Shown one piece after another: positions 39,298 through 47,889 of a stretch of 61,094 nt of DNA. Within the stretch, counting starts at the first letter, position 1. The number at the start of each line of letters is the position of its first letter. A program made the position numbers and the translations under genes. The notes beneath the pieces are model-generated. The model had not been told where the DNA came from and ran no database searches. It worked only from the letters and a program-made list of their open reading frames with translations. Source of the stretch: an uncultured Candidatus Saccharibacteria bacterium (GTDB lineage: Bacteria; Patescibacteriota; Dojkabacteria; J137); the NCBI GenBank assembly GCA_964561155.1, contig CAZLOI010000002.1, positions 155,629 to 216,722 on the forward strand. Direction: 5' to 3'.

Positions 39298-39990
39298 TTC
39301 CGTCCCTCTCTTTTAGAGATAACAAACTGGAGACTTACACCCGATGGTACTTCATATAGATTAGGATATATATCTGGAAGATTAAAAGGTTATGAACGTG
39401 ATGAAGATCTACATGAATTATTTGGGAAAAAGAAAGAAGAACCTAAAGCAGAATTAGATCCCGAGAAACTTTCAAAGTATTCAAATACTGCAGAAATAGC
39501 AAGACTGTTTGCCAAGGTAGAAATAACAGATCGGTTAAGAAAGAAGAGATTGGAAAAGGAACCTGAAGGTTTCTTTTTAGAAGATAGAGAATCTGGTTAT
39601 TCATGTAATCTTTGTTATAAAGGTCTTAGAGGTAGTGAAGCTTGGTGGAACTTAGACGGTATTCAATGTGTTGATTGTAGAAGAAATGTAAAAGATGGGA
39701 TAATCCCTGCTGAAATTATTAAGAATCATGATCTTTGGATTGCAAATTGGCAATTTAAAAGTGAATTTCGATTACATTCTGCTACAGTTAGCAAAATGAA
39801 ACGAAATGGTGAACTCATCGGTCGAGAATTAAAAGATTTAGAAGGTAAGACTTACTTTACTGTTTACATGGTTGAAGATAATAAAAAGTTCTTTAAGAAG
39901 CATAGAAAGACTTCAAGCAATAATAGAAAATGGGAGTTTGTTGATAAGGATGGAATTGAGATATTACTTCGATTGATTCAAAATTTGTAA
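39298..39990 (+). pseudogene. 5'-damaged gene for a CxxC...CxxC protein
   Basis: Frame is open from 39298 with no ATG, GTG or TTG before the TTG at 39550; an in-frame ATG at 39226 is followed by three TAA stops; YSCNLC and IQCVDC motifs. Confidence 0.5.
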
Positions 39991-40018
39991 TGTAATACAA
40001 AGCTACTGAATATCTATA

Positions 40019-40028
40019 GGTGATATAA
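40019..40028 (+). promoter_or_regulatory. Extended -10 promoter (TGATATAAT) for the island operon
   Basis: gTGATATAAT about 37 nt upstream of ATG 40066; same motif precedes many host genes. Confidence 0.5.
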
Positions 40029-40065
40029 TCTTAAACATCTATTTCAGAACGAGCTTAATTCTACT

Positions 40066-41115
40066 ATGGTGAATGTAAATTTTGATAGGGAGTACTATAA
40101 AAATTTAATAGCGAAACATGGGTATCAAGAGCTAAATATTTCTGCAATTGACTTCAATCTTGGCAATATTAACAAAGATATACTTCAGAGAAAATGGTTA
40201 TGCCATAGTAAAGGAAACATATTTGCTAAAGAACTTCTAAACACAAAATCAATTGTAACAACTGGTATAGGAATAAGTGGTGCTCCACATATGGGCACTT
40301 TAGGACAAATTTTTAATTCTATATTCCTTCAAAATCACGGTATCAATACGCAATTTGTATTGGGAGATTTAGATGCTTATAACGGTAAAAAGCTTTCATT
40401 ATCTTACGTAAGAGAACTTTCAGAGCAGTATAAATCATTTATTACTAACTTAGGCTACTCTACAACGAATGGAAATATATTAAGGAATCAGTTTGATGCA
40501 AATGAAGTTACTAGGACCATGTACCTAATTGCAAAGTTTATAGAAGATAAAGATTTTGATAATGTAGAAGAAGATCTTCACAACTTTTATTCTGATAAAG
40601 GAAAAGTAGATAAGGATATGTCCTTTAGACGTAAGACTTCTCTTACTCTTATGACTGCAGATTTTATAGATCTTGTTATCAATCACAGTTTTACTAACGT
40701 GTTAGTTACATTAGGAGTAGATGAACATAGGTATGTTTTGTTTTCAGAAAAGATTCTCGAAAGAGTTATAGAATCCGGTGAAATATTACCGAGCGACAGT
40801 AATATAAATTTTGGAGCAATGTACACTCACATAATCAGAGGTTTTAATAACTATCCTAAAATGTCGAAATCATTCCCTGATTCTTCCATAAATATTGAAA
40901 TGAATTCAGATGACATAAGAAATAGAATCTTGAATGAAAAAACAAACAAAATTCCAGAAGAAGACACTGTATATCAAATGATGTGTCTAGTAAGTAAATT
41001 TAATAGTGAGGACCTGTCTGAAAGATATATTGCATGCAAAGAAGATAAAGCATTATGGAAGAAATATAAAAGTGACTATATAGAATACTTGATAGATATT
41101 TTTAAACTGTGGTGA
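40066..41115 (+). CDS. Divergent class Ic aminoacyl-tRNA-synthetase-like protein (archaeal/eukaryal TrpRS-like)
   Basis: TTGIGISGAPHMGT (HIGH equivalent), LGDLDAY, LGVDEH (AIDQ equivalent), PKMSKSFPDSSI; N-terminal YKNLIAKHG..LQRKWLCH resembling eukaryal/archaeal TrpRS. Confidence 0.75.
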   Translation: MVNVNFDREYYKNLIAKHGYQELNISAIDFNLGNINKDILQRKWLCHSKGNIFAKELLNTKSIVTTGIGISGAPHMGTLGQIFNSIFLQNHGINTQFVLGDLDAYNGKKLSLSYVRELSEQYKSFITNLGYSTTNGNILRNQFDANEVTRTMYLIAKFIEDKDFDNVEEDLHNFYSDKGKVDKDMSFRRKTSLTLMTADFIDLVINHSFTNVLVTLGVDEHRYVLFSEKILERVIESGEILPSDSNINFGAMYTHIIRGFNNYPKMSKSFPDSSINIEMNSDDIRNRILNEKTNKIPEEDTVYQMMCLVSKFNSEDLSERYIACKEDKALWKKYKSDYIEYLIDIFKLW

Positions 41116-41116
41116 A

Positions 41117-42244
41117 ATGAAAAAATTTGCAAATGGCATACAATTTAATAACCCCTTACACGAAGCAATATATCGAATAAACGTAGGGCAAGATATAACG
41201 GAAGAGATGGCATACAATGCTTTCACCTACACACTTAATATTGAGGATGAAATCAATCGTGGAGTCTGCTTAGGAGTATTACTGAATGGGATAGTTTCCA
41301 AAAGACCTCAAATACATGAAATCCTCGGTATATTAAAAGCAACGCTTGATTATGACGGGATAGATATCACAAATCAAAAGAGATTGGAGATGCCTAACAA
41401 TGCACGAGTAATAGGTTATGCAGGGAGTGGTAAAAAAGGTATAAAAACTATTAATGTATCCTCTTGTGCCGCCATTGTAGCTGCCACAGCCGGTACTTAT
41501 GTGGCAAAATCATGTTCTGGTTCTACATCATCTGTATCAGGATCTGCAGATTTCATTGAAATTTTAGGTGCTAATATTAGCCAAACCAATGAAGAGATGA
41601 TAGATATAATGAAAAAGACTGGTTTAGGTTTCTTTAAGATTGAAAAAATGATCCCTAAGTTTGATAAGGTGTATGGAGGCCATTTTTATGCACCTAATGC
41701 TTTAAGCTTTGGATTAGCAGGAATTCTGTTACCTTTTAGACCTGATAATTTATTTTACGGTTTAGCTCATCCTAATATCCATTTACTTATCAACGTGCTA
41801 AAAGAATTAAATTATCGTTATGCATTCGTTGCATCAACAACTGATGATGGAGTGCACTTTCTTGATGAGATTGGAATATTTGGTATGACTTCAGTTATTG
41901 GTATTCAGGAGCATAAGATAGGTCATACTCTTACTTTTTCTCCAGCAGAAGATTTGAAATTACAAGGATATAATAGAAGCTCAATTGAACCTGGTAAGTC
42001 TAGATTGGAGAATGTGAAAATGGGTGTCGATGTATTAAGAGGGAAAGGCCAAATAGCTCATGAAGATTTGATTTGTGTAAATGCAGGAACCTTACTATGT
42101 TTAGACAAAAAAGCTAAAGATTTAACAGAAGGTTACACTATATCAAAAGAAATTATTAAATCAGGGAAAGCAATAGAAAAATTAATTGAATTTATTATTG
42201 CTACTGATGGTGATCTCAATACTTTAAATCAGTTTTTAGACTAA
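41117..42244 (+). CDS. Anthranilate phosphoribosyltransferase (TrpD)-like, glycosyltransferase family 3, altered motifs
   Basis: GSGKKGIKTINVSSCAAIVAA, VAKSCSGSTSSVSGSADFIEILG, GLGFF, FLDEI. Confidence 0.8.
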   Translation: MKKFANGIQFNNPLHEAIYRINVGQDITEEMAYNAFTYTLNIEDEINRGVCLGVLLNGIVSKRPQIHEILGILKATLDYDGIDITNQKRLEMPNNARVIGYAGSGKKGIKTINVSSCAAIVAATAGTYVAKSCSGSTSSVSGSADFIEILGANISQTNEEMIDIMKKTGLGFFKIEKMIPKFDKVYGGHFYAPNALSFGLAGILLPFRPDNLFYGLAHPNIHLLINVLKELNYRYAFVASTTDDGVHFLDEIGIFGMTSVIGIQEHKIGHTLTFSPAEDLKLQGYNRSSIEPGKSRLENVKMGVDVLRGKGQIAHEDLICVNAGTLLCLDKKAKDLTEGYTISKEIIKSGKAIEKLIEFIIATDGDLNTLNQFLD

Positions 42245-43264
42245 TTGAAAGCAATAAAAAATTATAAAAATAAAATAGAATATACAGATATACCTGAACC
42301 AAAAGTTGATGAAAAGTTTAATGTATTAGTAAGAGTAATGTCAGTTGGTTTATGTGGAAGCGATGTACAAAGAATAGATTTTATTAATTCAAGTAATCAA
42401 GAAATAAATCATCCAGTTTTAGGTCATGAAATTTCTGGAATTATCGAAGAAATAAAAGGAGATCAAGCTACTTTTAAAGTAGGAGACAGGGTGGCAATCG
42501 AGCCAATTATTTACTGTACTGATTGTAAATATTGTAAAGATGGGAATTTCCAGTTTTGTGAGAATATTATTGCACTAGGTAAAACAATTAATGGTGGGTT
42601 TGCTCAAAAAGTGGCTGTCCCAGTACAAAATATACATAAATTACACGATGACATAGACTTCGACAGAGGAACCTTGCTTGATCTATGCTCTGTTTGTGTC
42701 CATATTCATAATTTAGCAGGTGATTTTTCAGGAAAAAATATCGCAATAATCGGCGACGGTGCAGTAGGGCTAATGACAGCCTTATTTGTAGAAATATACG
42801 ATGGCAATGCAACTGTTATTGGAAAAAGAACAAGTGGTGATTATAATTTTATAAATTATTTGGATGATAAGAAACTAGAAGAAATTGAGTCTACTTTTGA
42901 CATAGTTATAGAAACTGTTGGTAGAAAAAATCTCACTTCCCTTAATCAGGCAATATCACTAAGTAAGATAAAAGGAAAAATTGTTGTAGCAGGTGTATTT
43001 GCTCCAGAGTTTATGCTGCCAATAACTGCACGAACACTTTTTTATAAAGAAATTAGCCTTGTTGGAGCTAATTCATATAGTTACGATCATAATAAATCAA
43101 GAAGTGAGACTTTAGCTGCAATTGAAATATTAAACAAACATTATAAGAAGCTGAGTAGTCTTATAACTCACAAGTACCCTCTTCAGAAATTTGAGGATGG
43201 ACTTAATGCATTTAGAAATAAGGATACAAGCCATGCAATAAAAATAGTATTTAATCCAAATTAA
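42245..43264 (+). CDS. Zinc-dependent medium-chain dehydrogenase (sorbitol/threonine DH-like)
   Basis: GLCGSD, LGHEISG, CTDCKYCKDGNFQFC, GDGAVG, KIVFNP; TTG start abutting the previous stop. Confidence 0.9.
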   Translation: MKAIKNYKNKIEYTDIPEPKVDEKFNVLVRVMSVGLCGSDVQRIDFINSSNQEINHPVLGHEISGIIEEIKGDQATFKVGDRVAIEPIIYCTDCKYCKDGNFQFCENIIALGKTINGGFAQKVAVPVQNIHKLHDDIDFDRGTLLDLCSVCVHIHNLAGDFSGKNIAIIGDGAVGLMTALFVEIYDGNATVIGKRTSGDYNFINYLDDKKLEEIESTFDIVIETVGRKNLTSLNQAISLSKIKGKIVVAGVFAPEFMLPITARTLFYKEISLVGANSYSYDHNKSRSETLAAIEILNKHYKKLSSLITHKYPLQKFEDGLNAFRNKDTSHAIKIVFNPN

Positions 43265-43285
43265 TTTAACTTTTATTAAAAATTT

Positions 43286-44182
43286 ATGAGTACAAAAGAA
43301 GAATTATATAAAAAGTATCCTTGGTTAGAAGTAACAACTACAATGGTTGATTATGTAAAGCCAAGTTACTACGATAAGATTATTAAGGAATATGAATATA
43401 AAGGAAAGAGTGATTTAGATTATACAATTGATTTTCTAAAAGATCAGACAGGAAAGGGATTAAATGTTGTTGAATTTGGAGCAGGTACAGGTAGAGGTAC
43501 AAAACTTATAATGGAAAACATCGATTTTAATAAGCTAACTCTTGTGGATTTAAGTCCTCAAATGATGGAGACCCTAAAGGAATTATTCAGTAAGGATTCA
43601 CGGGTACAGTTTGCACAAAGTGATCACCTAAACTTTATGGAATCTACAGAAGATGCCTTCGATGTAATGATAACACTATGGAGTTTATCTCACTCTATCC
43701 ATCAACATTTTGGAAGAAATAAAGGAGATGATACTAAGATGGTTCAAATACTAAAAAAGTTCTTCACTAATAATATATCTAAGGAAGGAAAAGCATTCAT
43801 TATCCACTTCGATACACTATCAGATGAGCAAAGAATTTTAACTAAACAATGGGCAAAAGTTTATCCTACCTTTGCTGATTATTACCACAACAAAATTCAA
43901 TCTCCTTCTAAACAAATCGTTGATAAAGTATTAAACGAACTAAAGGAAAACAATACTATTTCATACAATTCTGACCATATAATAGGAGATGAAATCATTT
44001 ATAAAGACATGAATGAGGCACTAGAGGTATTTATGAATTTTCATTTAGAATCACATTTCAATCAATTGGATATTGTCCAAGAAGTTGTAGAAGATTTAAC
44101 AAATGAACTAAATAAATATAAAGCCGAAGATGGAACAATCAGAGTTAAGCCAGGCTTTTTCCTATACACTATAACAAGATAA
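43286..44182 (+). CDS. Class I SAM-dependent methyltransferase
   Basis: VVEFGAGTG, LVDLSPQMM, FDVMIT. Confidence 0.82.
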   Translation: MSTKEELYKKYPWLEVTTTMVDYVKPSYYDKIIKEYEYKGKSDLDYTIDFLKDQTGKGLNVVEFGAGTGRGTKLIMENIDFNKLTLVDLSPQMMETLKELFSKDSRVQFAQSDHLNFMESTEDAFDVMITLWSLSHSIHQHFGRNKGDDTKMVQILKKFFTNNISKEGKAFIIHFDTLSDEQRILTKQWAKVYPTFADYYHNKIQSPSKQIVDKVLNELKENNTISYNSDHIIGDEIIYKDMNEALEVFMNFHLESHFNQLDIVQEVVEDLTNELNKYKAEDGTIRVKPGFFLYTITR

Positions 44183-44187
44183 TTGAA

Positions 44188-45042
44188 ATGACTAAACCCG
44201 AGAATTCTAAACTAATCGTATTAGATATTGACAACACTATAAATACTAAAAATCTAAATGGAGAAATTCAATTAGTTAAAGAATTTATAGAATTACACAC
44301 TAAGATCGATTTAAAGAAGAATATTAAAATTGCTTATAATACAACTAGGGGAATCTCTCGTGTTTTGGAAATGCTAAAAGGTGAACAGGAATATTTCGGT
44401 AATGGAGTAATATCAGCATTGAATGGCTCATTGATCTACGATCTTAAAAGTATGCAACAACTTGAAGGTTATACAATCTCTGCAGAAACTAGGAAAATGT
44501 TATCTGAATGGTTTGTAGAAAGTACGGATATAACTTTTATGGCATTTTATACCAATAATGATATATATGGTCATGTATATTTGAAAGATGCTAATACTGT
44601 TGATGAATTCTATAAATTGCATGAATCTTCTTTTAATCATGGGAAATATAGATGTATATCTGATCCTAAGATCTATGCTTCATGGATTGAACAAAAAGAT
44701 ATCAATATGATTGAATTCAAAACAGCTAATGAAAATAAAACAAATAAATTCCTAATTAATAATCCCACGATAAACGTCTCATTTGATGGGCATTTTTATA
44801 TTAATCCTAAAGGTATAAATAAAGGATCAGGGTTAAGAGATCTAATAAAGTTTCTTTATAAAGATGAAAGCAATTTAGACACTATAGTTGCTGGTGATTC
44901 TAAAACAGATTTAGCTATGTTTTCGGATTCAAATTATATGAATATCATTGTAGGAGAAAGATTACAAGAAATTAGAAATGATAATTATACAAGAGTAAGG
45001 GATCCAAAAGAATTGTGTAGTATTTTAAGTAAGTTATTATGA
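44188..45042 (+). CDS. HAD-superfamily (IIB/Cof-like) phosphatase
   Basis: DIDNT motif I, NTTR, KGINKG, GDSKTD. Confidence 0.85.
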   Translation: MTKPENSKLIVLDIDNTINTKNLNGEIQLVKEFIELHTKIDLKKNIKIAYNTTRGISRVLEMLKGEQEYFGNGVISALNGSLIYDLKSMQQLEGYTISAETRKMLSEWFVESTDITFMAFYTNNDIYGHVYLKDANTVDEFYKLHESSFNHGKYRCISDPKIYASWIEQKDINMIEFKTANENKTNKFLINNPTINVSFDGHFYINPKGINKGSGLRDLIKFLYKDESNLDTIVAGDSKTDLAMFSDSNYMNIIVGERLQEIRNDNYTRVRDPKELCSILSKLL

Positions 45043-45959
45043 ACATATCAAGCAAAACAAAAGTTAACAGTGTATACCAATTACCCGCTAATAAAAATCA
45101 ATTATTAAAATTATCTGATATAACTACTTTGGGAAGTAAATATAGCCGGATGAAATATGGCTCTCAGTTAGCAATCAGAGATTTTGCAGAGATGGTATAT
45201 AGTCAATACGAGAAGGACTTTGATTATAAAAATGGTGATTTGTACATAACATCCACACTAACCTCAGACATTGATTCTAGCTCACATTTTATTGCAAGAG
45301 AACTTCAGGAAATTATCAATAGAAAAAGATTAAAACTTAACCTCAAGTCTTGTAAATATATTGTGCTTCTTGCACGAAAGAAAATACTTATTAGCAGTGA
45401 TTACGGAAAAGTACAGAATAAAAAAGATAGAATTCAATCACAAGGTAATATGGAACTTATAACATATCCAAATCTTAAGTCTGATGATTTACTACTTGTT
45501 ATTAATGATTGTTTCGTGACCGGTGCTCAATGGGAACTACAAGAAGAATTATTGAGAAGTAATAGGTTAACCTCTCTTATTAATTATTACTATATTATTA
45601 AATTTACTGAATCAAACGGTAACTTTGATATTAGTGTAGAAGACTTAATGAACAACTATGAAGTTAATAATGATTTAGATTTCTTAAATTTAATTATTAA
45701 GCTTTCGAAAGACAAACAGTTAACTTGGAATAAAAGAACATTATTAAGGTCACTAAATCTTAATCAAAAACATTTTGTACTATTTATAGATGGGTTGAGA
45801 GTCGAAGATTTAGAGACTCTTTGTAATAATTCAGTATTATCAGATACACATCTTGTAAATAATGGAGAGTTTGCAAACAAAATTGATTACATGTTCAACG
45901 TGTTGAAGGATAAATCCAGAGAGAAGGATTCGAACCTCCGAAGCCCTAAGGACGCCTGA
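45039..45959 (+). CDS. ComF-related type I phosphoribosyltransferase (PRTase_3-like)
   Basis: YSRMKYG..AIRDFA, SSDYG, PRPP-loop-like VINDCFVTGAQ; last about 15 codons are tRNA-Tyr antisense. Confidence 0.6.
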   Translation: MNISSKTKVNSVYQLPANKNQLLKLSDITTLGSKYSRMKYGSQLAIRDFAEMVYSQYEKDFDYKNGDLYITSTLTSDIDSSSHFIARELQEIINRKRLKLNLKSCKYIVLLARKKILISSDYGKVQNKKDRIQSQGNMELITYPNLKSDDLLLVINDCFVTGAQWELQEELLRSNRLTSLINYYYIIKFTESNGNFDISVEDLMNNYEVNNDLDFLNLIIKLSKDKQLTWNKRTLLRSLNLNQKHFVLFIDGLRVEDLETLCNNSVLSDTHLVNNGEFANKIDYMFNVLKDKSREKDSNLRSPKDA

Positions 45960-45998
45960 TTTACAGTCAGGTGCGATTGACCGCTCCGCCATCTCTGG
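45915..45998 (-). tRNA. tRNA-Tyr(GTA) with C1:G72, A73 and long variable arm
   Basis: CCAGAGA...TCTCTGG-A acceptor, CCTGA-CTGTAAA-TCAGG, V-arm GTCC-TTA-GGGC, GGAGG-TTCGAAT-CCTTC; upstream TGTTATACT promoter. Confidence 0.92.
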
Positions 45999-46128
45999 AT
46001 ATGAGAAAGTATAACAAAAAGTGGGCTATTTTAGTATGTGATGTTACGATAATACAAGACTTTTTGATGAAAAAAGTTTAAAATTAGGCCAAATAAAATT
46101 AAGAATACTATTTATTCATAAAGAACGT

Positions 46129-47253
46129 ATGTTAGACAATCTAAAAAATATAACAGAAGAAATTCTAGGAGAAGAAAGACTCGTAGAGCTATTAAATTCT
46201 AATATACAACCAGTACACTATATTGGATTTGAAATATCAGGAAAACCTCATATCGGTTCAGGTATTGTTACCATGATGGTTATAAAGGAGCTATTGAAGC
46301 TAAATGTTAAATGTAAGATATTTTTAGCTGATTGGCATTCATGGATTAATAACAAACTAGGAGGAGACATCGATTTTATAAGGGAGGTAGGCATCCCTTA
46401 TTTTAAAGAAAACATGTTAGCTGCAGCAAAATGCGTAGGCGTTGACCCATCTAATATCGAATTCGTAAACGGTTCAGACCTTGCAAAAGATATGCAATAC
46501 TGGGCTACAGTAGTAGATGTTGGTAGAAATACTAGTCTATCTAGAATTCAAAGAAGTATTACCATTATGGGAAGAAAAGAAGGAGATAGTGTAGATTTTG
46601 CAAAATTAATGTACCCAGCTATGCAAGCAGCAGATATTTTCTACATGGGTGTTCATATTGCTCATGCTGGTATGGATCAACGTAAGGCACATGTTATTGC
46701 TATCGATGATGCAAATCATATGGACATAAATCCGATAATAGTAAACGATAAAAAATTTAAACCAGTAGCAGTTCATCAGCATTTACTAATGGGTCTTACC
46801 CCTCCTTCAAAAGAAATATTAGAACGGATTGAGAAAGGAGAAATTTCTCCAAAGGATGTTTTAGGTGAATTGAAGATGAGTAAAAGTAAGCCAGATAGTG
46901 CTATCTTTATGAATGATTCAGAAGAAGAGGTAATTAGAAAGATTAATAAAGCTTATTGCCCCGAGGGAATTACTATATTAAATCCAGTTTTAGACTGGGT
47001 AGAAAACCTATGTTTCAAATTCCCAAATCCTGAGATTAAAATTGAAAGAGATGAGAAATGGGGTGGAAATATTACATACAAAACATACGAAGAACTAAAG
47101 AATGATTTTGAACAAAAAAAATTACATCCTAGTGATTTAAAAAAAGCAGTAGCGTTATTTATAAATGATTTACTTAGACCTGCCAGGGAACATTTATCTA
47201 AACAAGAGATTGTGGAAATGGCAAAGAAGATAGAAGAAAAGGTAACTAGGTAA
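46129..47253 (+). CDS. tyrS: Tyrosine--tRNA ligase, archaeal/eukaryal type
   Basis: YIGFEISGKPHIGSG, LADWHSWIN, MYPAMQAADI, GMDQRKAH, KMSKS, KKLHPSDLK; no S4 domain. Confidence 0.93.
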   Translation: MLDNLKNITEEILGEERLVELLNSNIQPVHYIGFEISGKPHIGSGIVTMMVIKELLKLNVKCKIFLADWHSWINNKLGGDIDFIREVGIPYFKENMLAAAKCVGVDPSNIEFVNGSDLAKDMQYWATVVDVGRNTSLSRIQRSITIMGRKEGDSVDFAKLMYPAMQAADIFYMGVHIAHAGMDQRKAHVIAIDDANHMDINPIIVNDKKFKPVAVHQHLLMGLTPPSKEILERIEKGEISPKDVLGELKMSKSKPDSAIFMNDSEEEVIRKINKAYCPEGITILNPVLDWVENLCFKFPNPEIKIERDEKWGGNITYKTYEELKNDFEQKKLHPSDLKKAVALFINDLLRPAREHLSKQEIVEMAKKIEEKVTR

Positions 47254-47886
47254 ATGAATAATTCTCAAATAGATAAAAAACAATTTACTTTTAAATACAA
47301 CAATAAGACTTCAAAAGTTCTTATAATCACAGGACCAAGATCAGTAGGAAAAACTACCCTTGCAAAACAATTTTGCGAATCTATAGGTACAGATTTTCTG
47401 GATCTCGATGATTTAGTTAACGATGAGTTAAGCAAATCATTTGCGACTGGCTCAAAAACGCCTTTAGAGCAAGCTATGGAAGCAAAGAATTACGACTTAA
47501 TAGAAAGTATAGTTCGAGATATTGTTCAAAGTTTTGGTAATATAAATCAAGCTACTGCCATTGCTTTTGCTGGAGGAGCCTACACAGGCTATAAAGGGTT
47601 ATCAGAAGATTTGAAATCAAAATTTATTACAACTGCACTAATCCCCTATGATAATGACGACGAACTATCAATTAAATTATTAATCGAGAGAGAATCTAAT
47701 CGAGAGCATTTCAAAAAACTTATTAATGAAGGGAAGATAGATATGGAAACTTTGTCTAACCGTGTACGTAATGATTACATTAAAGTAAATACTTATCTAA
47801 GAACAAGTACAATAGATAAATTAATTTTTATCCAACAAAAAACTCCTATCGAAATAATGAGTGAGATGCTGGATTTATTAAAGTAG
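47254..47886 (+). CDS. P-loop kinase, shikimate-kinase-like
   Basis: GPRSVGKTT Walker A, DLDD, FAGGA, RESNR lid-like segment. Confidence 0.6.
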   Translation: MNNSQIDKKQFTFKYNNKTSKVLIITGPRSVGKTTLAKQFCESIGTDFLDLDDLVNDELSKSFATGSKTPLEQAMEAKNYDLIESIVRDIVQSFGNINQATAIAFAGGAYTGYKGLSEDLKSKFITTALIPYDNDDELSIKLLIERESNREHFKKLINEGKIDMETLSNRVRNDYIKVNTYLRTSTIDKLIFIQQKTPIEIMSEMLDLLK

Positions 47887-47889
47887 AAT

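Larger units (their letters stand above)
39094..45914. mobile_element. Putative genomic island between the 3' ends of convergent tRNA-Ser and tRNA-Tyr
   Basis: Visibly AT-richer (spot counts of 60-nt lines about 20-32% GC vs 32-40% in typA/fusA); degraded gene at left edge; last ORF runs into the tRNA-Tyr antisense; no integrase or att repeat seen. Confidence 0.6.

Noticed and set aside
42242-42247. Stop read-through fusion of TrpD-like and dehydrogenase (TAA directly followed by in-frame TTG); also tyrS-kinase (TAA ATG)
   Set aside because: Both partners are complete domains and zero-gap coupling is common. In-frame abutment occurs by chance about one time in three.
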